Assembly: GCA_963786575.1 (NCBI GenBank)
Contig: CAWAZH010000006.1
Span: 21,993 to 85,992 of the forward strand
Source: an uncultured Actinomycetes bacterium
GTDB taxonomy: Bacteria; Actinomycetota; Thermoleophilia; Solirubrobacterales; Solirubrobacteraceae
Length of the DNA: 64,000 nucleotides
Direction of reading: 5' to 3'
The position numbers and the translations under genes are program-made. The notes under the pieces were generated by a model. It was not told the DNA's origin. It did not search any database and saw only the letters and a list, made by a program, of their open reading frames with translations. How positions within the stretch are numbered: the stretch's first letter is position 1; each line of letters starts with the position of its first letter. This document shows, piece by piece, positions 16,058 through 25,795 of the stretch.

Positions 16058-18031
16058 TCAGGCCAGCAGCTGGCGCACGTGGTCGGCGACGTTCTCGGGC
16101 GTGATCCCGAGCTTCTCGAGCACCAGGCCGCCGGGCGCGGAGGCGCCGAAGCGGTCGATCGAGACGATCGCGTCGGCGTAGCGCTCCCAGCCCATGCGGA
16201 CGCCGGCCTCGACGGAGACCGTCGGCAGGTCGACCGGCAGGACGGACGTCTTGTAGTCCTCGTCCTGCTGCTCGAACAGCTCCCACGACGGCATCGACAC
16301 GACCCGCACCGGGACGTCGAGCAGGTCGCGCGCCTCGAGCGCCACCCAGACCTCGCTGCCGGTCGCGATGATCGTCGCCTGGGCGTCGTCGGCGTCGGCG
16401 AGGACGTAGGCGCCCTTGGCGACGCCCGCGGCCGAGCCGTAGACGGACTGGTCGAGCACCGGCAGGTCCTGGCGCGACAGCGCCATCGCGGCGGGGCCCT
16501 CGAGGTCCTCGAGGATCACGCGCCAGGCCTCGGCCGTCTCGTTGGCATCGCCGGGGCGCAGGAAGACGAGGCCCGGGATCGCGCGCAGCGCGGCGAAGTG
16601 CTCGACCGGCTGGTGCGTCGGGCCGTCCTCGCCGAGTCCGACGGAGTCGTGCGTGAAGACCCACGCCACGGGCAGGCCGGTCAGCGCGGACAGGCGGATC
16701 GCGCCGCGCATGTAATCGGCGAACTGCAGGAACGTCGAGCCGTACGGGCGCACGATCCCGCCGTGGGCGGCCATGCCGTTGACGGCACCGCCCATGCCGT
16801 GCTCGCGCACGCCGAAGAAGATGTTGCGCCCGGCCTTCTCGGCGGTGAAGCGGTCGGAGCCGGGGAACTCGGTCTTCGTCGACTCCGACAGGTCGGCGGC
16901 GCCGCCGATCATCGTCGGCGTGAACGGCTCGAACGCGGCCATCGTCTTCTGGCCGGCGACGCGGGTCGCGAGCTTGTCCTTCTCCCAGTCCTTGGGCAGC
17001 GCGTCGGCGAGGCCGGGCAGCGGCTTGCCCTGCCAGGCGAGGTCCCACTCCTCGGCGAGCTCGGGATTGGCGGAGCGCCAGGCGTCGAAGCGCTCCTTCC
17101 ACTCCGCGTGCGCGGCGGCGCCGTCGTCCTTCATCGAGCAGGCCTCGTAGGCCTCGTCGGGGACGTAGAACTGCTTGTCGGGGTCCCAGCCCATGACCTC
17201 CTTGGTCAGGCGGACCTCGTCCTCGCCGAGCGCGGCGCCGTGGGCCTTGCTGGAGCCGGACTTGTTGGGCGACGGGTAGCCGATGATCGACTTCACGCGG
17301 ATGAGCGAGGGCCGGTCCTCGACCTTCTGCGCGTTGCGGATCGCGGCCTCGAGGGCGGTCATGTCGTTGGCGTCGCGGACGTCGGTGACGTGCCAGCCGT
17401 AGGCCTCGAAGCGCTTGTCGACGTCCTCGCGGTCGAAGCTCAGCGACGTCGGGCCGTCGAGCGAGATGTCGTTGTCGTCGTAGAGGTAGATGACGCGGCC
17501 GAGGCCGAGCTGGCCCGCGAGCGAGGCGGCCTCGGCGGCGATGCCCTCCATGAGGTCGCCGTCGGAGACGATCGCGTAGACGTGGTGGTCGGAGACCTCG
17601 GAGCCGTAGTGCTCGCGCAGGTACTTCTCGGCGATCGCCATGCCGACGCCGTTGGCGAAGCCGGCGCCCAGCGGGCCGGTCGTGACCTCGACGCCGGGCG
17701 TCACGTGGACGCGGTCGCGCTCGGGGTGGCCCGGGGTCAGCGAGCCCCACTGGCGGAAGCTCTTGATCTGGTCCATCGGCAGGTCGTAGCCGGTGAGGTG
17801 CAGCATCGAGTAGAGGAGCATCGACCCGTGGCCGGCGCTCAGCAGGAAGCGGTCGCGGTCGGGCCAGGTCGGATCCGCCGGGTCGTGGCGCATGATGCGC
17901 CGGTAGAGGACGAAGGCCGCAGGCGCCATCGCCATCGGCAGGCCGGGGTGCCCGGAGTTGGCTTTCTGGATCGCGTCCATCGAGAGGGCGCGGATCGCGT
18001 CGACGCAGAGCTGGTCGTTCTCGGAAGTCAT
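16058..18031 (-). CDS. tkt: transketolase
   Basis: 657 aa. [36 protein letters not shown]-type block ([10 protein letters not shown]), [16 protein letters not shown]. Confidence 0.97.
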   Translation of the reverse strand: MTSENDQLCVDAIRALSMDAIQKANSGHPGLPMAMAPAAFVLYRRIMRHDPADPTWPDRDRFLLSAGHGSMLLYSMLHLTGYDLPMDQIKSFRQWGSLTPGHPERDRVHVTPGVEVTTGPLGAGFANGVGMAIAEKYLREHYGSEVSDHHVYAIVSDGDLMEGIAAEAASLAGQLGLGRVIYLYDDNDISLDGPTSLSFDREDVDKRFEAYGWHVTDVRDANDMTALEAAIRNAQKVEDRPSLIRVKSIIGYPSPNKSGSSKAHGAALGEDEVRLTKEVMGWDPDKQFYVPDEAYEACSMKDDGAAAHAEWKERFDAWRSANPELAEEWDLAWQGKPLPGLADALPKDWEKDKLATRVAGQKTMAAFEPFTPTMIGGAADLSESTKTEFPGSDRFTAEKAGRNIFFGVREHGMGGAVNGMAAHGGIVRPYGSTFLQFADYMRGAIRLSALTGLPVAWVFTHDSVGLGEDGPTHQPVEHFAALRAIPGLVFLRPGDANETAEAWRVILEDLEGPAAMALSRQDLPVLDQSVYGSAAGVAKGAYVLADADDAQATIIATGSEVWVALEARDLLDVPVRVVSMPSWELFEQQDEDYKTSVLPVDLPTVSVEAGVRMGWERYADAIVSIDRFGASAPGGLVLEKLGITPENVADHVRQLLA

Positions 18032-18090
18032 GGCCTGGAAGTATCAACATCCGCCGCGCAAGCTGCGGTGTCGCCCTAGCATCCCCCGCG

Positions 18091-19242
18091 ATGGCCGGTG
18101 CCACACCCGTGTCTGCCGAGCTGAGCTGGCCGTCGGTGCTGGCCTGGCGGATGGATCGCCACGGCTTGGTGCAGCGCGCGCCGGTTGCCGACTGGCCGCG
18201 CGTCGTCGCGCGGATCTGCGGCCTTCACGCGCAGGTGCAGAGCTCCGCCGAGCTGACGCTGTGGGCGCGCGTCGACGACCTCGGTAACGGGGCCGTCGCG
18301 CAGGCGCTGTGGACCGACCGCACGCTCGTGCGCACGTGGGCGATGCGCGGGACGCTGCACCTGCTGCCCGCGGCCGAGCTCGCGACCTGGGTCGGCGCGC
18401 AGGGCGTGCTGAAGCCGCGCTATGAGACCGCGCCCTGGCGCAAGGCGTTCGGCATGAGCAGCGAGGAGGCGGTCGCGGTGCTCGACGCGATCCGCACGGC
18501 GCTCGACGGCGAGCCGCTCACGCGCGACGAGCTGGGCGACGCCGTCGCCGAGCTGCTCGGCGACGCGCGCCTCGGCGACGCGACACGCGGCAGCTTCGGG
18601 ACGATGCCCAAGCTCGCCGCCTTCCGCGGCGACGTCTGCTTCGCCAAGCCGGCCGGGCAGAAGGTGCGCTTCACGCGCCCCGACCGCTGGCTCGGCGAGG
18701 ACTGGGCGCCGGCCCCGGCGCCGGCGGCGATGGCCGAGGTCATACGCCGCCACCTCGCCGTCAGCGGGCCGGCGACGCGCGAGAGCTTCGCGCGCTGGTT
18801 CGGCATGTCGTCGGCGGCGCAGGCCGGGAAGCTGATCGCCGCGCTCGGCGAGGAGGTCGTGCGCGTGAGCGTCGAGGGCGCCGACGGCTGGATGCTCGCC
18901 GCCGACGCCGAGGCCGCCGCGGCGGCGCAGCCGGGCGGCCACGTCGCGCTGCTGCCGGCGTTCGACCAGTACGTCGTCGCGGCCCCGCGCGAGGGCACGC
19001 CGGTGCTGTCGAGCGACCTGCGCCCGCGCGTCTACCGGCCGCAGGGCTGGCTGTCGCCGGTGCTGCTCGTCGACGGGCGCATCGAGGGCGTCTGGAAGCA
19101 CGAGCGCCGCGCCGGGACGCTGACCGTGACGATCGAGCCCTTCGCCGACCCCGGCGACGCGGTGCGCACGCAGGCCGAGCGCGAGGCGCAGCGGCTGCTG
19201 GCGTACTTCGGCGACGAAGAGCTGGACGTCAGCTGGGCTTGA
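18091..19242 (+). CDS. winged-helix HTH_42 superfamily DNA glycosylase, AlkZ-like (crosslink repair)
   Basis: 383 aa. ICGLHAQVQSSAELTLWARV ... LVRTWAMRGTLHLL is typical of the DUF1006/AlkZ/YcaQ family. The Q-V-Q triad matches the AlkZ-like (QxQ) rather than the YcaQ-like (QxD) catalytic motif. Confidence 0.75.
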   Translation: MAGATPVSAELSWPSVLAWRMDRHGLVQRAPVADWPRVVARICGLHAQVQSSAELTLWARVDDLGNGAVAQALWTDRTLVRTWAMRGTLHLLPAAELATWVGAQGVLKPRYETAPWRKAFGMSSEEAVAVLDAIRTALDGEPLTRDELGDAVAELLGDARLGDATRGSFGTMPKLAAFRGDVCFAKPAGQKVRFTRPDRWLGEDWAPAPAPAAMAEVIRRHLAVSGPATRESFARWFGMSSAAQAGKLIAALGEEVVRVSVEGADGWMLAADAEAAAAAQPGGHVALLPAFDQYVVAAPREGTPVLSSDLRPRVYRPQGWLSPVLLVDGRIEGVWKHERRAGTLTVTIEPFADPGDAVRTQAEREAQRLLAYFGDEELDVSWA

Positions 19243-19849
19243 CCGCCACGCCGGCGATCAGCGGCTCGACGATCCGCGGGGCCTTCGGCATGCGGCCGTG
19301 CTCGACCTCGACGACCTCCAGCGCGGCCTCGATCGCGGCCAGCGTCGCGCGGTTGCAGTGGCAGCCGTGCCCGAACCGTCGCCACAGCGGATGCCAGCGG
19401 TCCTGCCGGCGAGCCAGGCGCGGTTCTCCGGAGCGCACGTGCTCGAGGAACAACAGGCGGCCGCCGGGCGCGAGGACGCGCCGCACCTCGCGCAGCGACG
19501 CGGCCAGGTCGCCGACGGTGCAGAGCGCCAGCGTCGTGACCACCGTGTCGAAGCTCGCGTCCTCGAACGGGAGCCGCTCGGCGGGCGCGGCGACGATCGT
19601 CGCCGACGGCTGCACGTCGGCGGCGCGCTCGCGCAGGCGCGCGAGCATCGGCGCCTCGGGCTCGGTGAGGACGAGCTCGATGCCGGGCGGGTAGTGCTCG
19701 AGGTTCAGGCCGGTGCCGGCGCCGAGCTCGAGGACGCGCCCGCGGGCGCCGGCGAGCAGCGCCGCCCGCCGGGCCGCGAGTCCGGCCGCCTCGGTGTTGG
19801 CGAACACGCGGTCGTAGAAGCGGGCGAAGATGCGGCCGTAGAGGCTCAC
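19229..19849 (-). CDS. class I SAM-dependent methyltransferase
   Basis: VLELGAGTGLN motif I, 206 aa. The GTG start overlaps the upstream stop (GTGA). Confidence 0.85.
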   Translation of the reverse strand: MSLYGRIFARFYDRVFANTEAAGLAARRAALLAGARGRVLELGAGTGLNLEHYPPGIELVLTEPEAPMLARLRERAADVQPSATIVAAPAERLPFEDASFDTVVTTLALCTVGDLAASLREVRRVLAPGGRLLFLEHVRSGEPRLARRQDRWHPLWRRFGHGCHCNRATLAAIEAALEVVEVEHGRMPKAPRIVEPLIAGVAVKPS

Positions 19850-20712
19850 GGCTCGGCCGGTGGTGGCAGCCCGGCGCCCGAGCGCCCGGCGCGCTGCTCG
19901 TACTCGCTGCGCGCGCTGCCGTCGCGCAGGTCGAGCACGCGGTCGGCGCGCAGCGCGCGCGACAGCGCCTCGCGCCCGGCGCGCGGCAGGAGGTTCGCGA
20001 GCGCCATCAGCGGGCCGATCGTCCGCGGGACGTAGACGTCGAAGCGCGGCGCGCGCAGGACGCCGACGATCGCCGCGGCGACCGCCTCGGGCTCGGTGTG
20101 CTTGACGAGGCGCGCCTGCGGCAGGCCTGCCGCAAGCTCGGTCTTGACGATCCCCGGCAGGACGCAGGAGATCTCGACCGCGCTGCCGCGCAGCTCGCCG
20201 CGGGCGGCCTCGCTCACGCCGATGACGAAGTGCTTCGTGCCCGAGTACGTCGCGCCGCCGGCGAAGCCGACCCGGCCGGCGGTCGAGGCCATGTTCACGA
20301 CGTGGCCACTGTTGCGCGCGAGCATCCGCGGCAGCGCCTCCTTCATCCCGTTCAGCACGCCGTGGACGTTGATGTCGACCTGGCGGCGGGCGGTCGCGTC
20401 GTCCTCGTCGACGAGCCGGCCGAGCTGCATGATCCCGGCGTTGTTGACGAGCACGTCGATCGGGCCGAGGCGCGTCTCGGTCTCGCCGAGGAAGCGCGCG
20501 AAGGAGCCGCGGTCGCAGACGTCGAGGCCCAGGGCGATGGTGCCGTGGCCGAGCTCGGCGGCGGTGCGCTGCGCGGCCGCGAGGTCGAGGTCGCCGATCG
20601 CCACCTGCATGCCCTCGGCGATGCAGGCTCGTGCGGTGGCGAGGCCGATGCCGCGCGCCGCGCCGGTGATCGCGACGACGCGTCCGGTCAGGTTGCGGGG
20701 CGTGCGGGCCAT
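19846..20712 (-). CDS. SDR family oxidoreductase
   Basis: TGAARGIG cofactor motif, NNAG, and YSGTK (YxxxK) catalytic motif. Confidence 0.9.
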   Translation of the reverse strand: MARTPRNLTGRVVAITGAARGIGLATARACIAEGMQVAIGDLDLAAAQRTAAELGHGTIALGLDVCDRGSFARFLGETETRLGPIDVLVNNAGIMQLGRLVDEDDATARRQVDINVHGVLNGMKEALPRMLARNSGHVVNMASTAGRVGFAGGATYSGTKHFVIGVSEAARGELRGSAVEISCVLPGIVKTELAAGLPQARLVKHTEPEAVAAAIVGVLRAPRFDVYVPRTIGPLMALANLLPRAGREALSRALRADRVLDLRDGSARSEYEQRAGRSGAGLPPPAEP

Positions 20713-20750
20713 CCGACCGCCGAGGCTAGCGCGAGGTATCGTGGCCGCCG

Positions 20751-21587
20751 GTGCCCTCGTTTCGCCACAACGGCCACCGCATCGCCTACAGCGAGTTCGG
20801 CTCCGGGCCGCGCACCTGCGTCCTGATCCACGGGCTGCTGCTGTCCCAGCTCATGCACGAGCCGCTGGCCCGCGACCTCGCCGCGCGCGGCAACCGCGTC
20901 GTGACGATCGACCTCCTGGGCCACGGGCGCTCGGACCGCCCGCGCGAGCCGTGGAACTACTCGATCCCCGGCTGCGCCGAGCAGGTCGTTGGGCTTCTGG
21001 ACCACCTCGAGCTCGACGAGGCCGTGATCCTCGGGACGTCGCTGGGAGCCAACACGGCGCTCGAGGTCTGCCTGCTCGCGCCCGAGCGCGTGCGCGGCAC
21101 CGTCATCGAGATGCCCGTGCTCGACCACGCGCTGATCGGCTGCGTCGTGGCGTTCACGCCGCTGATGGTCGGGCTGACGTTCGGCGAGCCGCTGCTGAAG
21201 CTCGTCGCCCGCGCGGCGCGCGCCGTCCCGCGCCGGCTGCTGCCGCTGCACGGCAACGTCCTGCTGGACACCGTGCGCCAGGAGCCCGGGCCCAGCGCGG
21301 CGGTCATGCAGGGCCTGTTCTTCGGGCGCGTCGCGCCGCACCCCGAGCAGCGGCGCACGTTCGCGGCACCGGCGCTCGTGATCGGCCACCGGCGCGATCC
21401 GGTGCACCCGCTGTCGGACGCCGGCATGCTCGCCGACGAGCTGCCCAACGCCCGCCTGCTGGAGGCCGACTCGATCGTCGAGCTGCGGATCTCGCCCGAC
21501 CGCCTGACGGGCGAGATCGCCGGCTTCCTGGACGCCTGCTGGAAGCCCGCGCGGCGAGCGACGCGCCGCAAACGCGCGAGCCTCTAG
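20751..21587 (+). CDS. alpha/beta hydrolase
   Basis: HGLLLS..., GHGRSD, and nucleophile elbow GTSLG. 278 aa, GTG start. Confidence 0.85.
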   Translation: MPSFRHNGHRIAYSEFGSGPRTCVLIHGLLLSQLMHEPLARDLAARGNRVVTIDLLGHGRSDRPREPWNYSIPGCAEQVVGLLDHLELDEAVILGTSLGANTALEVCLLAPERVRGTVIEMPVLDHALIGCVVAFTPLMVGLTFGEPLLKLVARAARAVPRRLLPLHGNVLLDTVRQEPGPSAAVMQGLFFGRVAPHPEQRRTFAAPALVIGHRRDPVHPLSDAGMLADELPNARLLEADSIVELRISPDRLTGEIAGFLDACWKPARRATRRKRASL

Positions 21588-21616
21588 TGGGCGGGGCCGC
21601 CGGACCCGTCCACTAG
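21584..21616. terminator. 33-bp near-perfect palindrome/hairpin immediately after the hydrolase stop codon
   Basis: CTAGTGGGCGGGGCCG-C-CGGACCCGTCCACTAG has 16-nt arms with 14 complementary positions. No U-tract. Could be a terminator or a protein-binding palindrome. Confidence 0.4.
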
Positions 21617-21627
21617 GCTTCGCGCCG

Positions 21628-22293
21628 ATGTCGAGCCGCCAGGAGGAGAAGGAGCAGCGCAAGGCCGAGCGCCTCGAGCGCGAGCGCGCCGCGCAGGCCG
21701 AGGCCAAGCGCAAGCGCCTGCTGCAGATCGGCGGCGGGGTCGTCGTCGCGGCGGCGGTCGTCATCGGTGTCGTCCTCGCGCTCGCCGGCGGCAGCAGCGC
21801 CGACCGCCCGGCCGACTCGGCGGTGAAGACGGCCGCGACCGCGGCCGGCTGCACCTACCGCGCGTTCCCCGAGGAGGGCCGCGGCCACGTCGCCACGGCG
21901 CTGACGGCCAAGAACTTCAAGACCAACCCGCCGACCTCCGGCAACCACAACCCGACCCCGGCGCAGGACGGCGAGTACCCGGCGGGCAACGAGCCCGCGA
22001 TCGAGAACTGGGTGCACACGCTCGAGCACGGCCGCGTGCTCCTCCAGTACAAGTCCGGCTCCGACGCGGACATCGTCGGCGCGCTGTCGAACCTCTACAA
22101 GCAGCCGGTCCTCGACAGCGGCGACAGCTACCACACGGCGCTGATGCAGAACAACTCGAACATGCCCTTCCAGACCGCGGCCGTGGCCTGGCGCCACTAC
22201 CTCGGCTGCAAGAACGCCAACCTGGCGACGACCAAGGCGATGGCGCTGTTCCGCGATCGCTGGGTCGACCAGGGCCCCGAGTTCGTCCCGTAG
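21628..22293 (+). CDS. DUF3105 domain-containing protein
   Basis: Lys/Glu-rich N-terminus, one TM helix, then NPPTSGNH ... HTLEHGRVLLQY blocks typical of DUF3105. Confidence 0.8.
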   Translation: MSSRQEEKEQRKAERLERERAAQAEAKRKRLLQIGGGVVVAAAVVIGVVLALAGGSSADRPADSAVKTAATAAGCTYRAFPEEGRGHVATALTAKNFKTNPPTSGNHNPTPAQDGEYPAGNEPAIENWVHTLEHGRVLLQYKSGSDADIVGALSNLYKQPVLDSGDSYHTALMQNNSNMPFQTAAVAWRHYLGCKNANLATTKAMALFRDRWVDQGPEFVP

Positions 22294-22312
22294 CCGGGCG
22301 CCGGGCGCGCAA

Positions 22313-22329
22313 GCGGCCGTGCAGGCCGC
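22313..22329 (+). terminator. short GC hairpin after the DUF3105 gene
   Basis: GCGGCC-gtgca-GGCCGC, a 6-bp stem with no U-tract. Confidence 0.25.
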
Positions 22330-22362
22330 ACCCGATCCGCCGCGAGGGTGTTCTGTGGTCCG

Positions 22363-24063
22363 ATGCGCCGTCTCGCCGTGCTCCTCGTGGCCGTGGGCCT
22401 CGTCGTCTGGCTCGCCGCCCCGGCGCTGTCGACCGGCCCCTTCGTGGCGCGCGCTGTCGAGTTCGCGCAGACCCCACCGCCGGGCAGCGCCGGCGCTGAT
22501 GGCTGGCGCTCGGGCGTCGTGCGCGCGCCCAGGCGCTTCGACCTCGTCGGCCTGACCTGGCGCGGCGCGGGCGAGGTCCGCGCGCGGATCCGCGTGCGCT
22601 CGGCGAGCGGGCGCTGGAGCCCGTGGAAGGCGATGGGCGACGACCACGGCGGCGGACACGGGGCCGAGCCCGTCTGGGCCGGCGGCGCCGACGCCTACGA
22701 GCTGCGCCTGAGCCGCCGGCCCGCCGGGCTGCGGGCGCACTTCGTCAACGCCACCGGGACCGCGACCGCCGCCGCACGGCTGACGACGGCGCTGCGCCGC
22801 ACCGTCCACGGCGCGCTGGCGGCGATCGCCGGAACGCCGGCGCGCGCGCAGGGGGCACCGGGCGCGCCGCCGATCATCGGGCGCGAGGCCTGGGGCGCCG
22901 ACCAGTGCGCGCCGCGCACGCCCCCGTCCTACGGCGAGGTGCAGGTCGGCTTCGTCCATCACACCGTCGACGCCAACGACTACGGGCCGCAGGACAGCGC
23001 CGCGATGGTGCTCGCGATCTGCCGCTATCACCGCAACACGAACGGCTGGCGGGACATCGGCTACAACTTCCTCGTCGACCGCTACGGGCAGGTCTTCGAG
23101 GGCCGCGCCGGCGGCATCGACCAGCCGGTGATCGGCGCGCAGGCGCAGGGCTACAACGGCGTGTCGACCGGCGTCGCGAACCTCGGGACGTTCACCGGGG
23201 TCGCGCAGACGCCCGCGGCGGTGAGCGCTACGGCGCAGCTGCTCGCCTGGAAGATGACGCTGCACGGCGTGCCGGTCACCGGCCAGGTGACGGTCACCTC
23301 GGCCGGCGGCCCGTCCAACCGCTTCGCGTCCGGGCGCCCCGTGACGTTCGAGCGGATCGCCGGCCACCGCGACGCCGACTCGACCGCCTGCCCCGGCGAC
23401 GCGCTGTTCGCGCAGCTGCCCGAGATCCGCCGCCGCGCCGACGACCTCGCGCCGCCGCTGGCGGCCGTCGCGACGCCCAGCACGCTGTCGATCGGCGTCG
23501 CCGACGCGACGCTCGACTACCCGCAGGCCGCGCACGTCACGGGCGTCGCGACCGGCGCCGGCGGCGCCCCGCTGGCGGGCGCGCCGGTCTCCGTCCAGGT
23601 CGCGGCGGGCGCCGGCTTCCTCACCCGCGGGCGCACGACGACCGGCTCCGACGGCGGCTGGTCGCTGGATCTCGCGACGCAGTTCTCGCGCACCGTGCGC
23701 GCCGTCGCGCGGCTGCCCGCCGGCGGCCTGGCGACGTCGCCGCGGGTCAGCGTGCGGGTCGCGCCGCGAATCGGGCTGCGCGTCGCGCGGCGGGTGACGG
23801 CGACGCGGCGGTTCACCGTCAGCGGCAGCGCGCGCCCCGCGCGCGTGCGCCTCGCGCTCCAGGTTGCGCGCCAGGGCCGCGACGGCAGGATGCACGTCGT
23901 CGCGCGGCTGCCGGTGAAGCTCCGCGGCGGGCGCTTCGCCCTCAAGGTCCGCCTGCGCCGGCCCGCGCTGCACCGGCTGCGCGTGGTCTCGGTCGCCGAC
24001 GCGCGCAACGGCGCGGGGCGCTCGGGCGACGTCGTGCTGCGCGCCGTGCGGCCGCGGCGCTGA
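22363..24063 (+). CDS. exported N-acetylmuramoyl-L-alanine amidase (PGRP/Amidase_2 domain) with C-terminal Ig-like region
   Basis: Signal peptide MRRLAVLLVAVGLVVWLAAPA. Amidase_2 blocks VHHTVDANDY, WRDIGYNFLVDRYGQVFEGRAGG and IAGHRDADSTACPG. Confidence 0.85.
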   Translation: MRRLAVLLVAVGLVVWLAAPALSTGPFVARAVEFAQTPPPGSAGADGWRSGVVRAPRRFDLVGLTWRGAGEVRARIRVRSASGRWSPWKAMGDDHGGGHGAEPVWAGGADAYELRLSRRPAGLRAHFVNATGTATAAARLTTALRRTVHGALAAIAGTPARAQGAPGAPPIIGREAWGADQCAPRTPPSYGEVQVGFVHHTVDANDYGPQDSAAMVLAICRYHRNTNGWRDIGYNFLVDRYGQVFEGRAGGIDQPVIGAQAQGYNGVSTGVANLGTFTGVAQTPAAVSATAQLLAWKMTLHGVPVTGQVTVTSAGGPSNRFASGRPVTFERIAGHRDADSTACPGDALFAQLPEIRRRADDLAPPLAAVATPSTLSIGVADATLDYPQAAHVTGVATGAGGAPLAGAPVSVQVAAGAGFLTRGRTTTGSDGGWSLDLATQFSRTVRAVARLPAGGLATSPRVSVRVAPRIGLRVARRVTATRRFTVSGSARPARVRLALQVARQGRDGRMHVVARLPVKLRGGRFALKVRLRRPALHRLRVVSVADARNGAGRSGDVVLRAVRPRR

Positions 24064-24176
24064 CGCACGACCGCAACGCCCGGTTCACACAAACGACATC
24101 TCCGCCACACGAAGGTGAAACCCCGCGCTGCCAGCGTGGTCACGGTCCACGCCTGCGGCCGTCCGGAGGAGTTTCC

Positions 24177-25735
24177 ATGAGCACGACCACTGCACCACCC
24201 CCGCGCACGGAGGCGCCGCCCGACCGAACGCCCGCCCCCGCGCCGTCGCGCCGCGGACGCTGGCTCGACGACTGGGATCCCGAGGACGAGACGTTCTGGG
24301 AGACCCGCGGCAGGAAGATCGCCAAGAAGAACCTCGTGCTCTCGATCTTCGCCGAGAACCTCGGCTTCTCGATCTGGGTGCTGTGGACGATCGTCGTCAT
24401 CAACCTCGCCAACGCCGGCTTCACGCTGTCGCTCTCCGAGCAGTTCCTGCTCATCGCGCTGCCCAACCTCGTCGGCTCGACGCTGCGGATCCCCTACACG
24501 TTCGCCGTGCCGAAGTTCGGCGGCCGCGCATGGACCGGGTTCAGCGCGTCGCTGCTGCTGATCCCGGTGCTGCTGCTGGCGATCCTCGTGCCCAGCGGCT
24601 GGCTGGCCGGACCAGAGCCACGGCACGCAGATGTGGGTGCTCGGCGCTGTGCGCCGCGACGGCCGGCTTCGGCGGCGGCAACTTCTCCTCCTCGATGGCG
24701 AACATCTCGTTCTTCTATCCCGACCGCCACAAGGGCTTCGCGCTCGGCCTCAACGCCGCCGGGGGCAACCTCGGCGTGGCCGTCGCGCAGCTGCTCGTCC
24801 CGCTGGTGATCATCATCGGCGTCCCGGTGGCGACCCACAAGCTGCCCGTCCACGACGTCCATCTCGCCTACGCCGGCCTCGTCTGGCTGCCGTTCATCGT
24901 CCTCGCAGCGGTCCTCGCCTGGCTCTACATGGACAGCATCACGGACGCCAAGACCGACCCGAAGACGTACACGAAGTCGCTGAAGCACAGCCAGACGTGG
25001 GTGATGTCGCTGCTGTACATCGGCACGTTCGGGTCCTTCATCGGCTACGCGTTCGCGCTGCCGCTCGTCATCAAGAACACGTTCCCGGAGTTCCTCGCCA
25101 GCCACCCGTTCATCGCGACGTACCTCGCCGGGCTGGGCTTCGTCGGCGCGCTCATCGGCTCGATCGCGCGGCCGCTCGGCGGCTGGCTGTCGGACAGGAT
25201 CGGCGGCGCGCGCGTGACGCTCGCGGTCTTCCTCGGCGAGGCGCTGTTCACGCTCACGGCGATCGTCGGCGTCAACGAGCACAGCTTCCCGATCTTCTTC
25301 GGGTCGTTCATGGCGATCTTCCTGCTCGCCGGCGCCGGCAACGGCTCGACGTACCGGATGATCCCCTGCATCTTCAGCGCGCTGGGGCGCAAGGAGGCGG
25401 CCGAGAAGGGCCTGGATGCGAAGGCGACCGCGCTGGACTTCAAGCACCAGGCGGCCGCCGTGATCGGCATCGCCGGCGCGATCGGCGCCTTCGGCGGCTT
25501 CCTGATCCAGGTCATCTTCCGGCAGGCGAGCCTCGGCGTGTCGGCCGCGGTCAAGGCCGCCGAGTCCCCGGCGGAGAAGCTCTCGATCGCGCAGGCGCAG
25601 GCCGACTGGTCGATCCCCGCGCTGTACGTCTTCCTGGCCGCCTACCTCGTCTTCGCCGGCATGACGTGGTTCTTCTACCTGCGCACGAGCTTCGCGACCG
25701 ACAAGGTCTCGAGCCTCGCGCACGCCTCCGTCTGA
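24177..25735 (+). pseudogene. narK: NarK/NasA family nitrate/nitrite MFS transporter, disrupted by two 1-nt insertions
   Basis: ATG 24177 with GGAGGA upstream. The N-terminal third is in frame 0 (LVLSIFAENLGFSIWVLW...). A short stretch DQSHGTQMWVL is in frame 1. The remainder (CAATAGFGGGNFSSSMANISFFYP... to the end) is in frame 2. Breaks are near 24610 and 24644. Length is 3n+2. Confidence 0.8.
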
Positions 25736-25742
25736 CCCCGGC

Positions 25743-25779
25743 CCGCGCGTCCGCCGCAGTCGTGGTGGCGGGCGCGCGG
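25743..25779 (+). terminator. strong GC hairpin after narK
   Basis: CCGCGCGTCCGCC-(11 nt)-GGCGGGCGCGCGG, a 13-bp stem including one U:G pair, starting 8 nt after the stop codon. No U-tract. Confidence 0.45.
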
Positions 25780-25795
25780 CTACGCTTGCGCCGCC

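Noticed and set aside
13095-16062. Possible boundary repeats of the methyltransferase block: GCGGCGGCG...TCAGGCC near 13111-13135 and near 16033-16060.
   Set aside because: The similarity is limited to a GCG-triplet run and the two genes' stop contexts. It is interrupted by unequal spacers, and such strings are common at this GC content.
21613-23973. Very long ORFs (500-830 aa) on the strand opposite to, or out of frame with, recognisable genes. Examples: 21613..23973(-), 15683..18079(+), 58102..60135(+), 8825..10678(-), 41898..43451(+), 13978..16104(+), 44286..46073(-), 5630..7609(-) upstream part, and 46818..49307(-) upstream part.
   Set aside because: Their translations are monotonous Arg/Ala/Pro/Gly strings with no domain signatures. 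They overlap genes with clear family motifs. Stop codons are rare in all frames at this GC content, so long open frames are expected by chance.
24081-24125. TTCAC-N26-GTGAA inverted repeat upstream of narK as an FNR/CRP-type site.
   Set aside because: Only 5 bp are truly complementary, and the spacing does not fit known CRP/FNR half-site geometry. Extension of the arms needs a bulge.
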